Shown: positions 17,883 through 27,666, counted from the first letter of the stretch. The stretch: 57,746 bases of DNA from an uncultured Clostridia bacterium (GCA_964520055.1 CAZFME010000003.1:1-57746), one strand, 5' to 3'. A program made the numbers and translations. The notes: generated by a model from the sequence alone, not told the origin.

Positions 17883-18866
17883 GTGAAGAGTCATGTAGTT
17901 ATGAGTGGTATGAGACCAACCGGTCGCCTGCACATGGGAAATATGATGGGAGCGCTGACAAACTGGGTAAAATTACAAAATGAGTATGATTGTTTTTTTG
18001 TTGTCGTAGACTGGCATGCACTCACCACTGGATATGAAAACACTCAGGACATAAAGGAGAACATCCGACAAATGGTTATCGATTGGATAAGCGTCGGCCT
18101 TGATCCGGAAAAATGTAATATTTTTGTACAATCCCATGTGAAACAACATGCTGAATTACATCTTTTGCTTTCAATGATAACACCGTTATCATGGCTGGAA
18201 AGATGCCCCACTTACAAAGAGCAATTAAAGCAACTGGAAAGTAAGGAGATTAATACCTATGGCTTTCTCGGATACCCTGTTCTTATGGCAACTGACATAC
18301 TGATTTATAAGGCAGATAAAGTACCTGTAGGCAAAGATCAAGAGGCACATATTGAGCTATCCCGGGAAATTGCTCGAAGATTTAACTATATTTATAAGCC
18401 GGTATTTCCTGAACCCAAGGCTCTTTATACTGAATTTTTGGTTTTACCCGGTATTGACGGAAGAAAAATGAGCAAAAGTTACGATAATTATATTGAAATA
18501 TCAGCAGGCCCTGAAATAATAAAGCAAAAAGTTCGAATGATGATTACCGATCCTGCAAGAATCAGAAAGAATGATCCCGGTCATCCCAATATTTGTAATG
18601 TATATGCCTTTTATAAAGTATTTGATGAACAAGACAATATCCAGGAACTAAAAGAAGTTTGCCAAAAAGGTCAAATAGGATGTGTAGGATGTAAAAAAAA
18701 GCTGGCTTCTTTAATAATTGATAAAATGCGGCCAATACACTTGAAAAGAAAAGAATTGGAACAGAATCCTACAATCATAGATGATATTTTAGATAATGGT
18801 GCAAAACGAGCACGTTTAGTTGCCGAAAAAACTTTAGAAGAGGTCAGGGAAGCAATGAAAATTTAG
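17883..18866 (+). CDS. trpS: Tryptophan--tRNA ligase
   Basis: Class I signatures (GMRPTGRLHMGN HIGH-like, KMSKS) and TrpRS length (327 aa). GTG start after GGAGGA. Confidence 0.95.
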   Translation: MKSHVVMSGMRPTGRLHMGNMMGALTNWVKLQNEYDCFFVVVDWHALTTGYENTQDIKENIRQMVIDWISVGLDPEKCNIFVQSHVKQHAELHLLLSMITPLSWLERCPTYKEQLKQLESKEINTYGFLGYPVLMATDILIYKADKVPVGKDQEAHIELSREIARRFNYIYKPVFPEPKALYTEFLVLPGIDGRKMSKSYDNYIEISAGPEIIKQKVRMMITDPARIRKNDPGHPNICNVYAFYKVFDEQDNIQELKEVCQKGQIGCVGCKKKLASLIIDKMRPIHLKRKELEQNPTIIDDILDNGAKRARLVAEKTLEEVREAMKI

Positions 18867-18883
18867 GTAAAGGTGAAGAAACC

Positions 18884-19621
18884 GTGACATTAAATGTTAG
18901 TCTAGACGCTTTTGAAGGTCCTTTTGACCTTCTGTTTCACCTAATTGAAAAAAACCAAATAGATATTTATGATATACCTATAGCAGAGCTGACAGAGCAG
19001 TACTTAAACTATATTGAAGAAATCAGTGAAAATGAATTGGATTTAGCCAGTGAATTTCTAGTTATGGCTGCTACCCTATTAAGTATCAAATCAAAAATGT
19101 TGTTGCCTTCCAATCAGAACCAAGAAATGCAATTAGAACTAGTAGCAACAGACGATGATGACCCTAGAAGTGACTTGATGGTCAAACTACTGGAATATAA
19201 AAAATATAAAGAGATTTCTTATGTGTTAAAAACTAAAGAACAGGAGCAGGAGTTGATTTTTAAAAAGCCTCCCGAGGATTTATCCCATATGTGGGTAGAG
19301 GATTTTCCCTTATCTGAAATAACTTTTATAGACTTGAAGATTTCTTTTAAATCAGTAATGAACACAAATAAACCGGAAGAAAAGATTTCCAAAATCGCAA
19401 AAGAGCTTATGCCATTATCTCGCAAAATAACAGAAGTCTATAGAAAACTAAAGCAATTAAAATCAAGAATATTATTTAGTAAGTTATATGACCATGAAAC
19501 GCCAAAGCTCGAAATAATAACAACTTTTTTAGCTGTTTTAGAACTTATAAAAATGAATCGAGTTTTTGCAGATCAAGAAAAGCCATTCGGGGATATTGTT
19601 TTAGTATGTAGGGAGGTTTAG
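18884..19621 (+). CDS. scpA: Segregation and condensation protein A
   Basis: LDAFEGPFDLLFHLIEKNQIDIYDIPIAELTEQYL kleisin N-terminus. Followed by scpB. Confidence 0.93.
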   Translation: MTLNVSLDAFEGPFDLLFHLIEKNQIDIYDIPIAELTEQYLNYIEEISENELDLASEFLVMAATLLSIKSKMLLPSNQNQEMQLELVATDDDDPRSDLMVKLLEYKKYKEISYVLKTKEQEQELIFKKPPEDLSHMWVEDFPLSEITFIDLKISFKSVMNTNKPEEKISKIAKELMPLSRKITEVYRKLKQLKSRILFSKLYDHETPKLEIITTFLAVLELIKMNRVFADQEKPFGDIVLVCREV

Positions 19622-19627
19622 TTTCAA

Positions 19628-20140
19628 ATGGATTTGCAAAAGGTTATGGGCATCATTGAGGGGATATTGTTTATTTCAGGCAATCCGATAAACATTGATG
19701 AAATATCGAATACACTGGATATAACAAATGAACAGGTTTTAAAATGTATCGAACAATTACAACATGATTACGATAAACCGTGTCATGGTTTAATGATTTC
19801 AAAAGTTGGTCAGAGAATACGGATGACAACAAAACCGGAAATATTTCCTTATATCGAAACAATATTTAAACCTAAGATAAAAGCACAGCTTTCCAAAGCC
19901 GCCTTAGAAACTTTGGCAATTATCATGTTTAAACAACCCGTAACACGAGCCGAAATTGAAGAGATAAGAGGTGTAAATTCAGAGAGAGCACTTAGCACTC
20001 TTCAAGCAAAAAACCTTGTTTATGAAACAGGTCGCCTGAATGTACCGGGCCGACCTATACTTTATTCTATAACTGAACAATGCATGGATTATTTTGGATT
20101 GGAGAGTATAGAAGATATCCCTATTGAAAATAAAAAATGA
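19628..20140 (+). CDS. scpB: Segregation and condensation protein B
   Basis: IEGILFISGNP...LETLAIIMFKQPVTRAEIEEIRGV winged-helix pair typical of ScpB. Confidence 0.93.
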   Translation: MDLQKVMGIIEGILFISGNPINIDEISNTLDITNEQVLKCIEQLQHDYDKPCHGLMISKVGQRIRMTTKPEIFPYIETIFKPKIKAQLSKAALETLAIIMFKQPVTRAEIEEIRGVNSERALSTLQAKNLVYETGRLNVPGRPILYSITEQCMDYFGLESIEDIPIENKK

Positions 20141-20194
20141 ATTAATAGCAATTTTTTATCGCAAACTAAAGAGAAAAGGTTTAAGGAGATTAAA

Positions 20195-20887
20195 GTGAAA
20201 TATCTACTTGTTATCCTGGCTTTTTCTCTTTTTATTTTATTACCTGTTAGGGTTAGTATAACTTTATTCAAAAAAAGGGATAATGAATACATACGAATTG
20301 AGATAGATTGTTTTAAGGCATTAAAGATACTTTTTGAAATACCTGAGATGAAATTTATTATTAAGAATTTCATTCCCACATTGAGCTTTAAGTACCAAAT
20401 TAGTAACAAGAATAACAAAGTTTCAAAATCAGAAAAAATAGTCATTTCACCTCTTAGAGACAGATATAAAATAATTATAAATATAATTAAAGCTCTATAT
20501 AAACATATTAATAATCTAAAAAAAATAAGCAGATTTTTATCTAAACACATCAATGTTCTTGACATGAATATTAATATTGCTTTTGGCAGTGAAAATGCGG
20601 CTTTGACGGGGTTTTTAGCCGGCCAGGCATGGAGCATTGTTTATTTTGGTTTAAGCATGCTTTCGTTTTATTTTAACTTCGACAACTCTAATATTAAGGT
20701 AAATGTGACACCGGTTTTTATAAATTATGAACCTATACAAATTGATATTAATTGTATATTTCAACTTAGGATTGGCCATATTATTATTACAAGTTCTATA
20801 GTAGTCTGGTACTGGCTAGTATCTAAACAGAGTTTATTCATAAAAGGAGCGACGAAGCTGTGGATGAACACCCAATCCAGAGTTTAA
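20195..20887 (+). CDS. ytfI: DUF2953 / YtfI-like sporulation membrane protein
   Basis: N-terminal TM segment and FGSENAALTGFLAGQAWSI motif. Overlaps and precedes ytfJ as in other spore formers. Confidence 0.6.
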   Translation: MKYLLVILAFSLFILLPVRVSITLFKKRDNEYIRIEIDCFKALKILFEIPEMKFIIKNFIPTLSFKYQISNKNNKVSKSEKIVISPLRDRYKIIINIIKALYKHINNLKKISRFLSKHINVLDMNINIAFGSENAALTGFLAGQAWSIVYFGLSMLSFYFNFDNSNIKVNVTPVFINYEPIQIDINCIFQLRIGHIIITSSIVVWYWLVSKQSLFIKGATKLWMNTQSRV

Positions 20888-21273
20888 TAAAAACTTCAAT
20901 GGAAAGCATTAAAGAAATGGTTGATGTAAACACTATAGTCGGAGATGCCGTTGAAACTCAAGATGGAAGCATAATAATTCCGGTTTCTCGGGTTTGTTTT
21001 GGTTTTGCTGCCGGAGGAAGCGAATTTGATGCAAAAACTTCAAAAGAAAATGATAAAAGTGAAAAGATAAAGCTACCTTTCGGTGGTGGCAGTGGTGCAG
21101 GGGTCTCAGTTCAACCAGTGGCCTTTATGGTTGTTGGTCAGGGTCAGATAAGGCTTTTATCAATTAATCAAAATACAACCATAGAAAGAGTAATAGATAT
21201 TGCACCACAAATTATTGATCAAATAAACCGTATATTAAAAAATAACAATGGTTCTTTTTACGGTCCTAAATAA
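20860..21273 (+). CDS. ytfJ: GerW/YtfJ family sporulation protein
   Basis: IVGDAVETQDGSIIIPVSRVCFGFAAGGSEF...GGGSGAGVSVQPVAFMVV is the characteristic YtfJ pattern. GTG start. Confidence 0.85.
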   Translation: MDEHPIQSLIKTSMESIKEMVDVNTIVGDAVETQDGSIIIPVSRVCFGFAAGGSEFDAKTSKENDKSEKIKLPFGGGSGAGVSVQPVAFMVVGQGQIRLLSINQNTTIERVIDIAPQIIDQINRILKNNNGSFYGPK

Positions 21274-21402
21274 GTGGGCCGTATTCTTTTTAACCGGATT
21301 TTGTTATAGTGGTCACAAGTTTAAGAAAATCAACTCTTTATGGAAAATCCTCCAATCATTATCAGAATTAAAATCTAACTATTATAAAAAAAAGGTGTTT
21401 TT

Positions 21403-23061
21403 ATGCGAAAAAAAGCAATAATTGCTTTCTTATCTTTATATATAGGTATCACAATATTAGGTTTTGAAGCGAGAGCTGAAAACATACAATTAACAGTCAG
21501 TGCAAAATCTTTTGTTTTAATTGACTTAATAAGCGGTAGGATTCTTTTGGAAAAAAATTCGGAGGAAAAAAGAGCTATGGCAAGTACCACCAAAATAATG
21601 ACTGCAATCATAGCCTTGGAAAAAGGGTATATTAAGTCCCGGGTAAAGGTAAGTCCGAGGGCAGCTTCAGTTGGTGGTTCCTCTTTTCATCTTAGCACAG
21701 GGGAAGTTTTATCTTTGGAAAATATGTTATATGGGCTTTTACTGCCATCAGGTAATGATGCCTCGATAGCTATTGCAGAACACATCGGAGGCACTGAAGA
21801 AAACTTTGTGCATATGATGAATGAAAAAGCTTTAGAGTTGGGAGCATTGAGTACTCATTTTACAAACCCTCACGGCCTTGATAACCCAAAGCACTATACC
21901 ACTGCAAAAGACCTTGCTTTGATAGCAAGATATGCATTAAGTAGTAATAAATTCTGCAATATAGTACAAACTAAAACAAAAGAGATAAAAGATGGAAATT
22001 ACCCTAGGCAAATATTGAACACTAACAGACTATTATGGGAATTTGAAGGCACCAACGGTATTAAAACTGGTTATACTGGAAATGCAGGAAAATGCCTTGT
22101 GGCTTCTGCTGGTAGAAATAATTTGCAATTGCTATCTATAGTTTTGGGTACAGATAATCATTTTTCCGACTCTTTCACACTATTAAATTACGGTTTTGTC
22201 AATTATAAATTAACACCTATAATAAGCAAAAATAAATATTGTACAACTGTATCAGTTCAAAATGGGTGTTATGACAAAGTAGGTTTGATGACAAAGGATG
22301 ATATCAATATTGCATTAAAGGAAAATGAAATTGTCACATTTAATTTGATTATTCCTAAAAAGATTAAGGCCCCTGTTTACAAAGGAGAAAATATAGGAGA
22401 ATTGCAGGTTTATATCAAAAATGATCTAATTTTTTCAAACCCCCTTATTGCAATGAGCGATGTACGAGTTAAAAAATATAATGACATTTTATATAAGATC
22501 TTGAGATTATGGATGAAAGGTAATAGTAGAATAAAGAATGAAAACCTATCAAAAAAGTTAAATTGTGAGAAGGATTTTCGTTTTTTATGGCGAAGTAATA
22601 TAATAAAAGAGCTCATCAATGATGAGGAGGTATATTTAATGACCGATCCATATAAGAAAGGAATGTTTAAAGTTAATCCCTACGCTAAAAAGAAACCCTT
22701 GAAAGGTAATTTAGTTGTGGTGCTAGACGGCAAATACGATAAGAGAGGCTTACAGCTTATTCCACAAGCCTCAAGATGTCTAACTGCCGACGAGGTACAC
22801 GAAATGATTTTAACCGATGAAGATAAAAAACCTGGAGATACGATAAACAAAATAGCGTATATAGGGTTTTTTGCAGTAAAGGAGAGCGCCGTAATTATAG
22901 TAGGGGACAAGGTTATGATCAATGGGCAAGGGATTGGAAAAATTGCAGGATTTGACGAAACCCACATACCAAATCATTACAATATTGTTATATATGGAAA
23001 AGACCGCATTTCCGGAAGTGAAAGAAATCTTGACCTGAATGCTGAGGTTATAATTGGATAA
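21403..23061 (+). CDS. dacB: D-alanyl-D-alanine carboxypeptidase (dacB position) reading through into an unrelated 140-aa module
   Basis: aa 1-385 form a complete PBP5-type enzyme (STTKIMT, SGNDA, KTGY, C-terminal beta domain). The ORF continues in frame for 167 further codons. See the separate entry for 22639-23061. Confidence 0.8.
   Translation: MRKKAIIAFLSLYIGITILGFEARAENIQLTVSAKSFVLIDLISGRILLEKNSEEKRAMASTTKIMTAIIALEKGYIKSRVKVSPRAASVGGSSFHLSTGEVLSLENMLYGLLLPSGNDASIAIAEHIGGTEENFVHMMNEKALELGALSTHFTNPHGLDNPKHYTTAKDLALIARYALSSNKFCNIVQTKTKEIKDGNYPRQILNTNRLLWEFEGTNGIKTGYTGNAGKCLVASAGRNNLQLLSIVLGTDNHFSDSFTLLNYGFVNYKLTPIISKNKYCTTVSVQNGCYDKVGLMTKDDINIALKENEIVTFNLIIPKKIKAPVYKGENIGELQVYIKNDLIFSNPLIAMSDVRVKKYNDILYKILRLWMKGNSRIKNENLSKKLNCEKDFRFLWRSNIIKELINDEEVYLMTDPYKKGMFKVNPYAKKKPLKGNLVVVLDGKYDKRGLQLIPQASRCLTADEVHEMILTDEDKKPGDTINKIAYIGFFAVKESAVIIVGDKVMINGQGIGKIAGFDETHIPNHYNIVIYGKDRISGSERNLDLNAEVIIG
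22639..23061 (+). other. 140-aa module of unknown function with its own SD and ATG, in frame with dacB
   Basis: GAGGAGG (22624-22630), 8 nt, ATG 22639. Sequence MTDPYKKGMFKVNPYAKKKPL...GKIAGFDETHIPNHYNIVIYG. Not part of any PBP5 I know. No stop separates it from dacB. Confidence 0.4.
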
Positions 23062-23095
23062 AATTATTGACAATTTTTGAAAGGAGGTGTAATAA

Positions 23096-23554
23096 ATGTC
23101 TTTTGAAAGGAAAATACAGGAAATGGGTATTACTTTACCCGAACCACCAAAACCGGTAGCAGCATATGTTCCTGGCGTCAAAGTAGAAAAGTACATTTAC
23201 ACTGCCGGACAAATTCCATTTGTCAATGGAGAATTAAAATATAAAGGCAAAGTTGGCAAAGAAGTATCTGTGAATGATGCTTATGAAGCAGCGAAAATAT
23301 GTGTGTTAAACTGCCTTAGTATAGTAAAATCTTTGGCCGGAAGCCTTGATAATGTTGAAAAAATCGTTAAGGTAGTTGGATTTGTTAATAGTGCCGACGG
23401 TTTCAACCAGCAGCCAAAAGTTATAAATGGAGCTTCAGAACTTTTGGGTCAGATTTTCGGGGATACAGGGGCTCATGCTCGTTCAGCCGTCGGTGTCAAT
23501 CAACTTCCAATGGACGCTACTTGTGAAGTGGAGCTTATAGTAAAATTAAAATAA
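23096..23554 (+). CDS. RidA/YjgF/UK114 family reactive-intermediate (enamine/imine) deaminase-like protein
   Basis: 152 aa with LPEPPKPVAAYVP...AGQIP...HARSAVGVNQLPMDA..VEL, the family hallmark layout. SD AAAGGAGG. Confidence 0.88.
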   Translation: MSFERKIQEMGITLPEPPKPVAAYVPGVKVEKYIYTAGQIPFVNGELKYKGKVGKEVSVNDAYEAAKICVLNCLSIVKSLAGSLDNVEKIVKVVGFVNSADGFNQQPKVINGASELLGQIFGDTGAHARSAVGVNQLPMDATCEVELIVKLK

Positions 23555-23569
23555 TAAGGAGGAATTAAA

Positions 23570-25036
23570 ATGACTAAATTCGCTAAGAAATTTGAGATGT
23601 ATAAATCTCTTCAAGTCAATACTGCCAATATTTATGCCGATGCACGGAAAGCCGCTGATGAAATAGGTATTCCTACGGAATTACGAGGTAAATTTGGCCT
23701 TACAGGAGCTATTTCAGGTTGTCCCTCTCCTTTAAATAAAAAAATAAGGGGAGCTATGGAAAAAGGTGCCACTGAAGTTATTCCTTTAGCAAAACTCATA
23801 GACGAAATCCGGTGTTTAGTTAAAGATGTTTACGGTGATGAATACGATGCAGCACCGATAAACACATGTGAAGCCGGAATATGGGTCGCTTTTGATGTGC
23901 TGTTCTCACCTCCTATGCAGGGTCGTGGTGACAACTACCAGGCTCGTTATATCATACCTTACGAAAAACACTTACACCACCACGGTGGTTATGGAAGACC
24001 ATTCCCTGGCAGATTTAAGGACATTGTGGCCGACAGAGGTTCTACTGCCGGTGAATTAGGTTTCTATGGCAAAAGACTCAATAACTTAAGTGTCTATATA
24101 GCACCTTTAATCGGAGCCGACTATTCAGTACATGGAATCAAGTATCATCCTGCAATTCAATTGACAAAGGTTGACCCCGAAGCATCAGCCAAGAAGATAA
24201 AGACTATAGCCGAACGCCACGCTTGTACGCTTACAGGTATTACCTCCCTTGCTTATGATACCCCCGGATACGGATATGGAGTAAAAGATAATGATGGAGT
24301 ACCTGTGTTGCAAAAACGCTTGGCAGAGATTGCTAAGAACTTTGATGTACCTTATATAATGGATAACGCATGGGGTGTTCCCTTTATAGGCCATGATATT
24401 TCTAAAAGCGGAGCGGATGTGATCATATACAGCATGGATAAAGCCAGCGAATCTCCAACATCGGGTTTGATAATCGGTAAAGAGGAATATATGGTACCTA
24501 TTCGTAGAGCTCTCGGAATGCATGGTGATAGGTATGGAACAACGGCATCTTACGGAAAAGCAGCTTATGTTACAAATGATCCCGGTAAAGAAGCACTCCT
24601 CGGTATGATTGCAGCATTGAAAGAATTAAAAGATAATCCCGATGACTTTAAAAAACCTGTTGACGATATGTATAATATCGTTAAAGAAGAGTTTGACCAA
24701 ATAGATCCTAAGATAAAGAAAGGCTTAATCATATCCAAATCCTATAACTCTAGAGCAGTTGAAGTTAACTATGAAAACACTTGGAGTGGTAATGAGCTTG
24801 GAGTTCCCATTTTTTCAATTGAAGACATGTATGCTGGAAGCCAGTTAATGCAAACTGGTCTTTCTCAGATGGGTGTGATTCCAACAGTGGCTTATGACGG
24901 TAATATTCTGATTTCACCCGGTCTTGGCACCACTGACGATGATGGTCAGATCATAGAAAGTAACTTTAGATATGCCGTAAAAGCTCAGGTTAAACTTATG
25001 GAGATTATCGCCAAATACAGTGGATATATAGAGTGA
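23570..25036 (+). CDS. SelA-like fold-type I PLP-dependent enzyme (function unknown)
   Basis: IIYSMDKASESPTSGLIIGKEE resembles the SelA/DgaE PLP-lysine block (SGDKLLGGPQAGIIxGKKE). 488 aa. SD AAGGAGGA. Confidence 0.55.
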   Translation: MTKFAKKFEMYKSLQVNTANIYADARKAADEIGIPTELRGKFGLTGAISGCPSPLNKKIRGAMEKGATEVIPLAKLIDEIRCLVKDVYGDEYDAAPINTCEAGIWVAFDVLFSPPMQGRGDNYQARYIIPYEKHLHHHGGYGRPFPGRFKDIVADRGSTAGELGFYGKRLNNLSVYIAPLIGADYSVHGIKYHPAIQLTKVDPEASAKKIKTIAERHACTLTGITSLAYDTPGYGYGVKDNDGVPVLQKRLAEIAKNFDVPYIMDNAWGVPFIGHDISKSGADVIIYSMDKASESPTSGLIIGKEEYMVPIRRALGMHGDRYGTTASYGKAAYVTNDPGKEALLGMIAALKELKDNPDDFKKPVDDMYNIVKEEFDQIDPKIKKGLIISKSYNSRAVEVNYENTWSGNELGVPIFSIEDMYAGSQLMQTGLSQMGVIPTVAYDGNILISPGLGTTDDDGQIIESNFRYAVKAQVKLMEIIAKYSGYIE

Positions 25037-25051
25037 TTCAAGAATAATAAG

Positions 25052-25085
25052 AAGTGACGCCAAAGGACAATCCCAGGCGTCACTT
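25052..25085 (+). other. Intercistronic 10-bp hairpin between the PLP-enzyme and flavoprotein genes
   Basis: AAGTGACGCC (25052-25061) / GGCGTCACTT (25076-25085), 14-nt loop, weak T-run. Possible partial terminator or processing site. Confidence 0.5.
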
Positions 25086-25114
25086 TAATGAAAAATCATT
25101 AAGGAGGTATTTGC

Positions 25115-26398
25115 ATGGCCAAAGTAGTTGTGATAGGCGGAGGATGGGCTGGCTCAGGGGCTGCTTTATCGGCAAAAAAAGCCGGTGCAGATGTAGTATT
25201 ATTAGAAAGAACGGATATGTTATTGGGGACAGGTCTGGTCGGCGGCATTATGAGAAATAATGGCAGGTATGCTGCTACAGAGGAAATGATAGCTATGGGC
25301 GGAGGTGAACTGTTTCAGGTCACGGACTGTGTAGCAAGACATCGTAATATCGACTTTCCCGGTCACAAACATGCTTCTCTATATGATGTAGCATTAATAG
25401 AGCCAGCTGTAAAAAAAGTTCTAATTGATGCAGGAGTTGAAGTTTATACCGAGAGTCGTGTAAAAGATGTAATAGCTGAAGAGAATAAGATACTAGCCGT
25501 TGTCACTGATAATGGTATAAAATACGAAGCTGATGTTTTTGTGGAATGCACTGGAACCGCTGGACCTCAAGGAAACTGCACCAAGTATGGCAATGGTTGT
25601 GCTATGTGTGTTTATAGATGTCCCAGTTATGGCCCAAGGGTGAGTATTGCAGCCAAAATGGGAGTCAAGGAAATGATAGCCAAAAAAGCCGACGGCACTT
25701 ATGGGGCCATGAGCGGCTCCTGTAAACTTTTCAAGGAGTCTCTTTCAAAGGAAATAATTGATCAATTAAATTCTACCGGTGTAGCGGTTATAGCTGTACC
25801 GGAGCATGCCAAAGAAGGAGCGGAAATCCTTACTAAAAAAGCCTGCCAACAGTACGCCTTGAAAGAATACATAGAAAATGTAATACTACTGGATACTGGA
25901 CATGCAAAATTAATGACACCATTCTTTCCATTAAATAATTTGAGACAAATTCCTGGATTTGAAAATGCACGATATGAAGACCCTTATGCTGGGAACTTAG
26001 GCAACTCCATGAGATATCTGGCCATTTCGCCTAGGGACAACTATTTAAAAACTGAAGGATTGGAAAATCTCTTTTGCGCAGGCGAAAAAGCCGGGCCATT
26101 GGTAGGTCACACAGAAGCTATTTGCACCGGAACATTGGCCGGAGCAAATGCAGTTCGCTGGGTTGCCGATAAGAAACTCATTGAAATTCCCAGAGAACTT
26201 TCCGTCGGAGATGCCATCGCCTATGTCAAGGAACAAATGAAAACCGAAGAGGGTATATCGAAAAAGTATACTTTTTCCGGGTCCGTTTATTTTGAAAGAA
26301 TGAAAAAACAGGGACTATATACAACTGATATAGATGAAATAAAAGATCGTGTCGAAAAGGCTGGGATGACAAACGTGTTTAATCAGAAAGTTGTATAA
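25115..26398 (+). CDS. FAD-dependent oxidoreductase with a Cys-rich insert
   Basis: N-terminal dinucleotide fold VVVIGGGWAGSGAALSAKKAGADVVLLE. Insert CTGTAGPQGNCTKYGNGCAMCVYRCPSYG (6 Cys in 29 aa). 427 aa. Confidence 0.7.
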   Translation: MAKVVVIGGGWAGSGAALSAKKAGADVVLLERTDMLLGTGLVGGIMRNNGRYAATEEMIAMGGGELFQVTDCVARHRNIDFPGHKHASLYDVALIEPAVKKVLIDAGVEVYTESRVKDVIAEENKILAVVTDNGIKYEADVFVECTGTAGPQGNCTKYGNGCAMCVYRCPSYGPRVSIAAKMGVKEMIAKKADGTYGAMSGSCKLFKESLSKEIIDQLNSTGVAVIAVPEHAKEGAEILTKKACQQYALKEYIENVILLDTGHAKLMTPFFPLNNLRQIPGFENARYEDPYAGNLGNSMRYLAISPRDNYLKTEGLENLFCAGEKAGPLVGHTEAICTGTLAGANAVRWVADKKLIEIPRELSVGDAIAYVKEQMKTEEGISKKYTFSGSVYFERMKKQGLYTTDIDEIKDRVEKAGMTNVFNQKVV

Positions 26399-26423
26399 AA
26401 ACCGTATGCTGGAAACATTATAT

Positions 26424-26456
26424 AAAAGGGGTCATTTATATGACTCCTTTTATATT
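26424..26456 (+). terminator. Rho-independent terminator after the flavoprotein gene
   Basis: AAAAGGGGTCA / TGACTCCTTTT (one G-U pair), 6-nt loop, T-rich tail. Confidence 0.7.
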
Positions 26457-26882
26457 CAATAATGCTGAGGGAAGATAATTGCACAACTTTTGGCCATACA
26501 TTTGATATATTTTGGTATGGTCAAAATTTCATTCTTGTTATTACAGGTTTGGTGTTAATCACTATAGTAGCTGTTTTTCTATTATAATTTAACTTCAAAG
26601 TGAAAAACTACATTCTTATTAGATACAACTATAAAGTATACTTCTCCTGCACTTTTATAGACATTACCAAAAGCAATTTGGATGATTTTTTCTAATTATC
26701 TATCTGGAAAAATATTTATAATAATGATATGCTTAGCTTGTATATTATTATATTCTCATTTAGAAAACGATTATATATAGCAAGGATTTTTGATTAGAAC
26801 ACTTTAATAAAAATTTTTGTTCATAATTTTATTTAGCAATTGTTATTAAATTATCATTTTTAATATTAAACGGGGGTTTGAA

Positions 26883-27647
26883 ATGTTACATGAAAAACAG
26901 CGAATATTATTTTTTATTTTAAAGGCTATCGATAGCTCACAAGTGCCTGTCGGTTCTGGTTATTTGCGTAACAGCTTACAAAGGCAGGGGTTTGATATCA
27001 GTGAAGCAACTGTCGGTAGAATGTTAAGACAGCTAGACATCAAAGAATATACTGAAAAAATCGGTTTTAAAGGCAGAATACTAACTCCAATTGGCAAAAT
27101 AAAATTAGAAGAACTCGAGCGTGAAAATACAATTAACCATTATGGAAAGGAATTATTAAATGTAATAAGAGTAACAGGTAAACAAGAACTTCTTGATGCA
27201 TTGATTGCAAGAAAGGCCATTGAAAGTCAGCTTGCCAAATTAGCCGCTATATATATAACCGATGAGGAAATTCATAAAATGAAACAGGTCATCAAAAGAC
27301 AACAGATGCACGTCAATAAAGGTATTTCTATAGCCGAAGATGATGTGGAATTCCATAAAATCATAGCTAAGGCAGCAAGAAACAGAATTCTGGATGCTGC
27401 TATGGATTTAATAAGACAGCATGGACAGCTTTCACCAATGCTTGAGTATATAAGAAAAGAAGTGAAGAGTAGAGTTCTTTTGGACCATAAGAATATCTAT
27501 AAAGCTATTGCCTCTAGGAAGCCGGAACTGGCCGAAGAAGCAATGGTACGCCATATAGAAAAACTTGAAAGGGACGTAAAAAAGTATTGGGAAATTGTTT
27601 ATGAAAAAGACAGCAGCCTTGATGTTGTAAGAGAATTAAGGATGTAA
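26883..27647 (+). CDS. Transcriptional regulator, winged-helix N-domain plus FCD (FadR C-terminal type) ligand domain
   Basis: N-terminus SEATVGRMLRQLD...KGRILTPIG (wHTH). C-terminus LIARKAIESQLAKLAA...DDVEFHKIIAKAARNRIL (FCD-like helices). Preceded by a 430-nt AT-rich spacer. Confidence 0.7.
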   Translation: MLHEKQRILFFILKAIDSSQVPVGSGYLRNSLQRQGFDISEATVGRMLRQLDIKEYTEKIGFKGRILTPIGKIKLEELERENTINHYGKELLNVIRVTGKQELLDALIARKAIESQLAKLAAIYITDEEIHKMKQVIKRQQMHVNKGISIAEDDVEFHKIIAKAARNRILDAAMDLIRQHGQLSPMLEYIRKEVKSRVLLDHKNIYKAIASRKPELAEEAMVRHIEKLERDVKKYWEIVYEKDSSLDVVRELRM

Positions 27648-27666
27648 TTTTTTGTAATAATTGAAG

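Noticed and set aside
20089-20637. 182-aa minus-strand ORF, the longest antisense ORF in the window
   Set aside because: It lies fully antisense to scpB/ytfI inside a long unidirectional operon. It is Leu/Ile/Phe/Lys-rich as expected from reading AT-rich coding DNA backwards, and it has no SD or promoter.
23570-25036. Possibility that the 488-aa PLP protein is genuine selenocysteine synthase SelA
   Set aside because: Only the PLP-lysine block resembles SelA. There is no selB/selD/tRNA-Sec context in the window, and the N-terminal region does not look like the SelA tRNA-binding domain. I kept it as SelA-like only.
25054-25260. 68-aa ORF overlapping the start of the flavoprotein gene
   Set aside because: It is an alternative frame of a motif-supported gene. 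It begins inside the intercistronic hairpin and has an Arg-rich, low-complexity translation.
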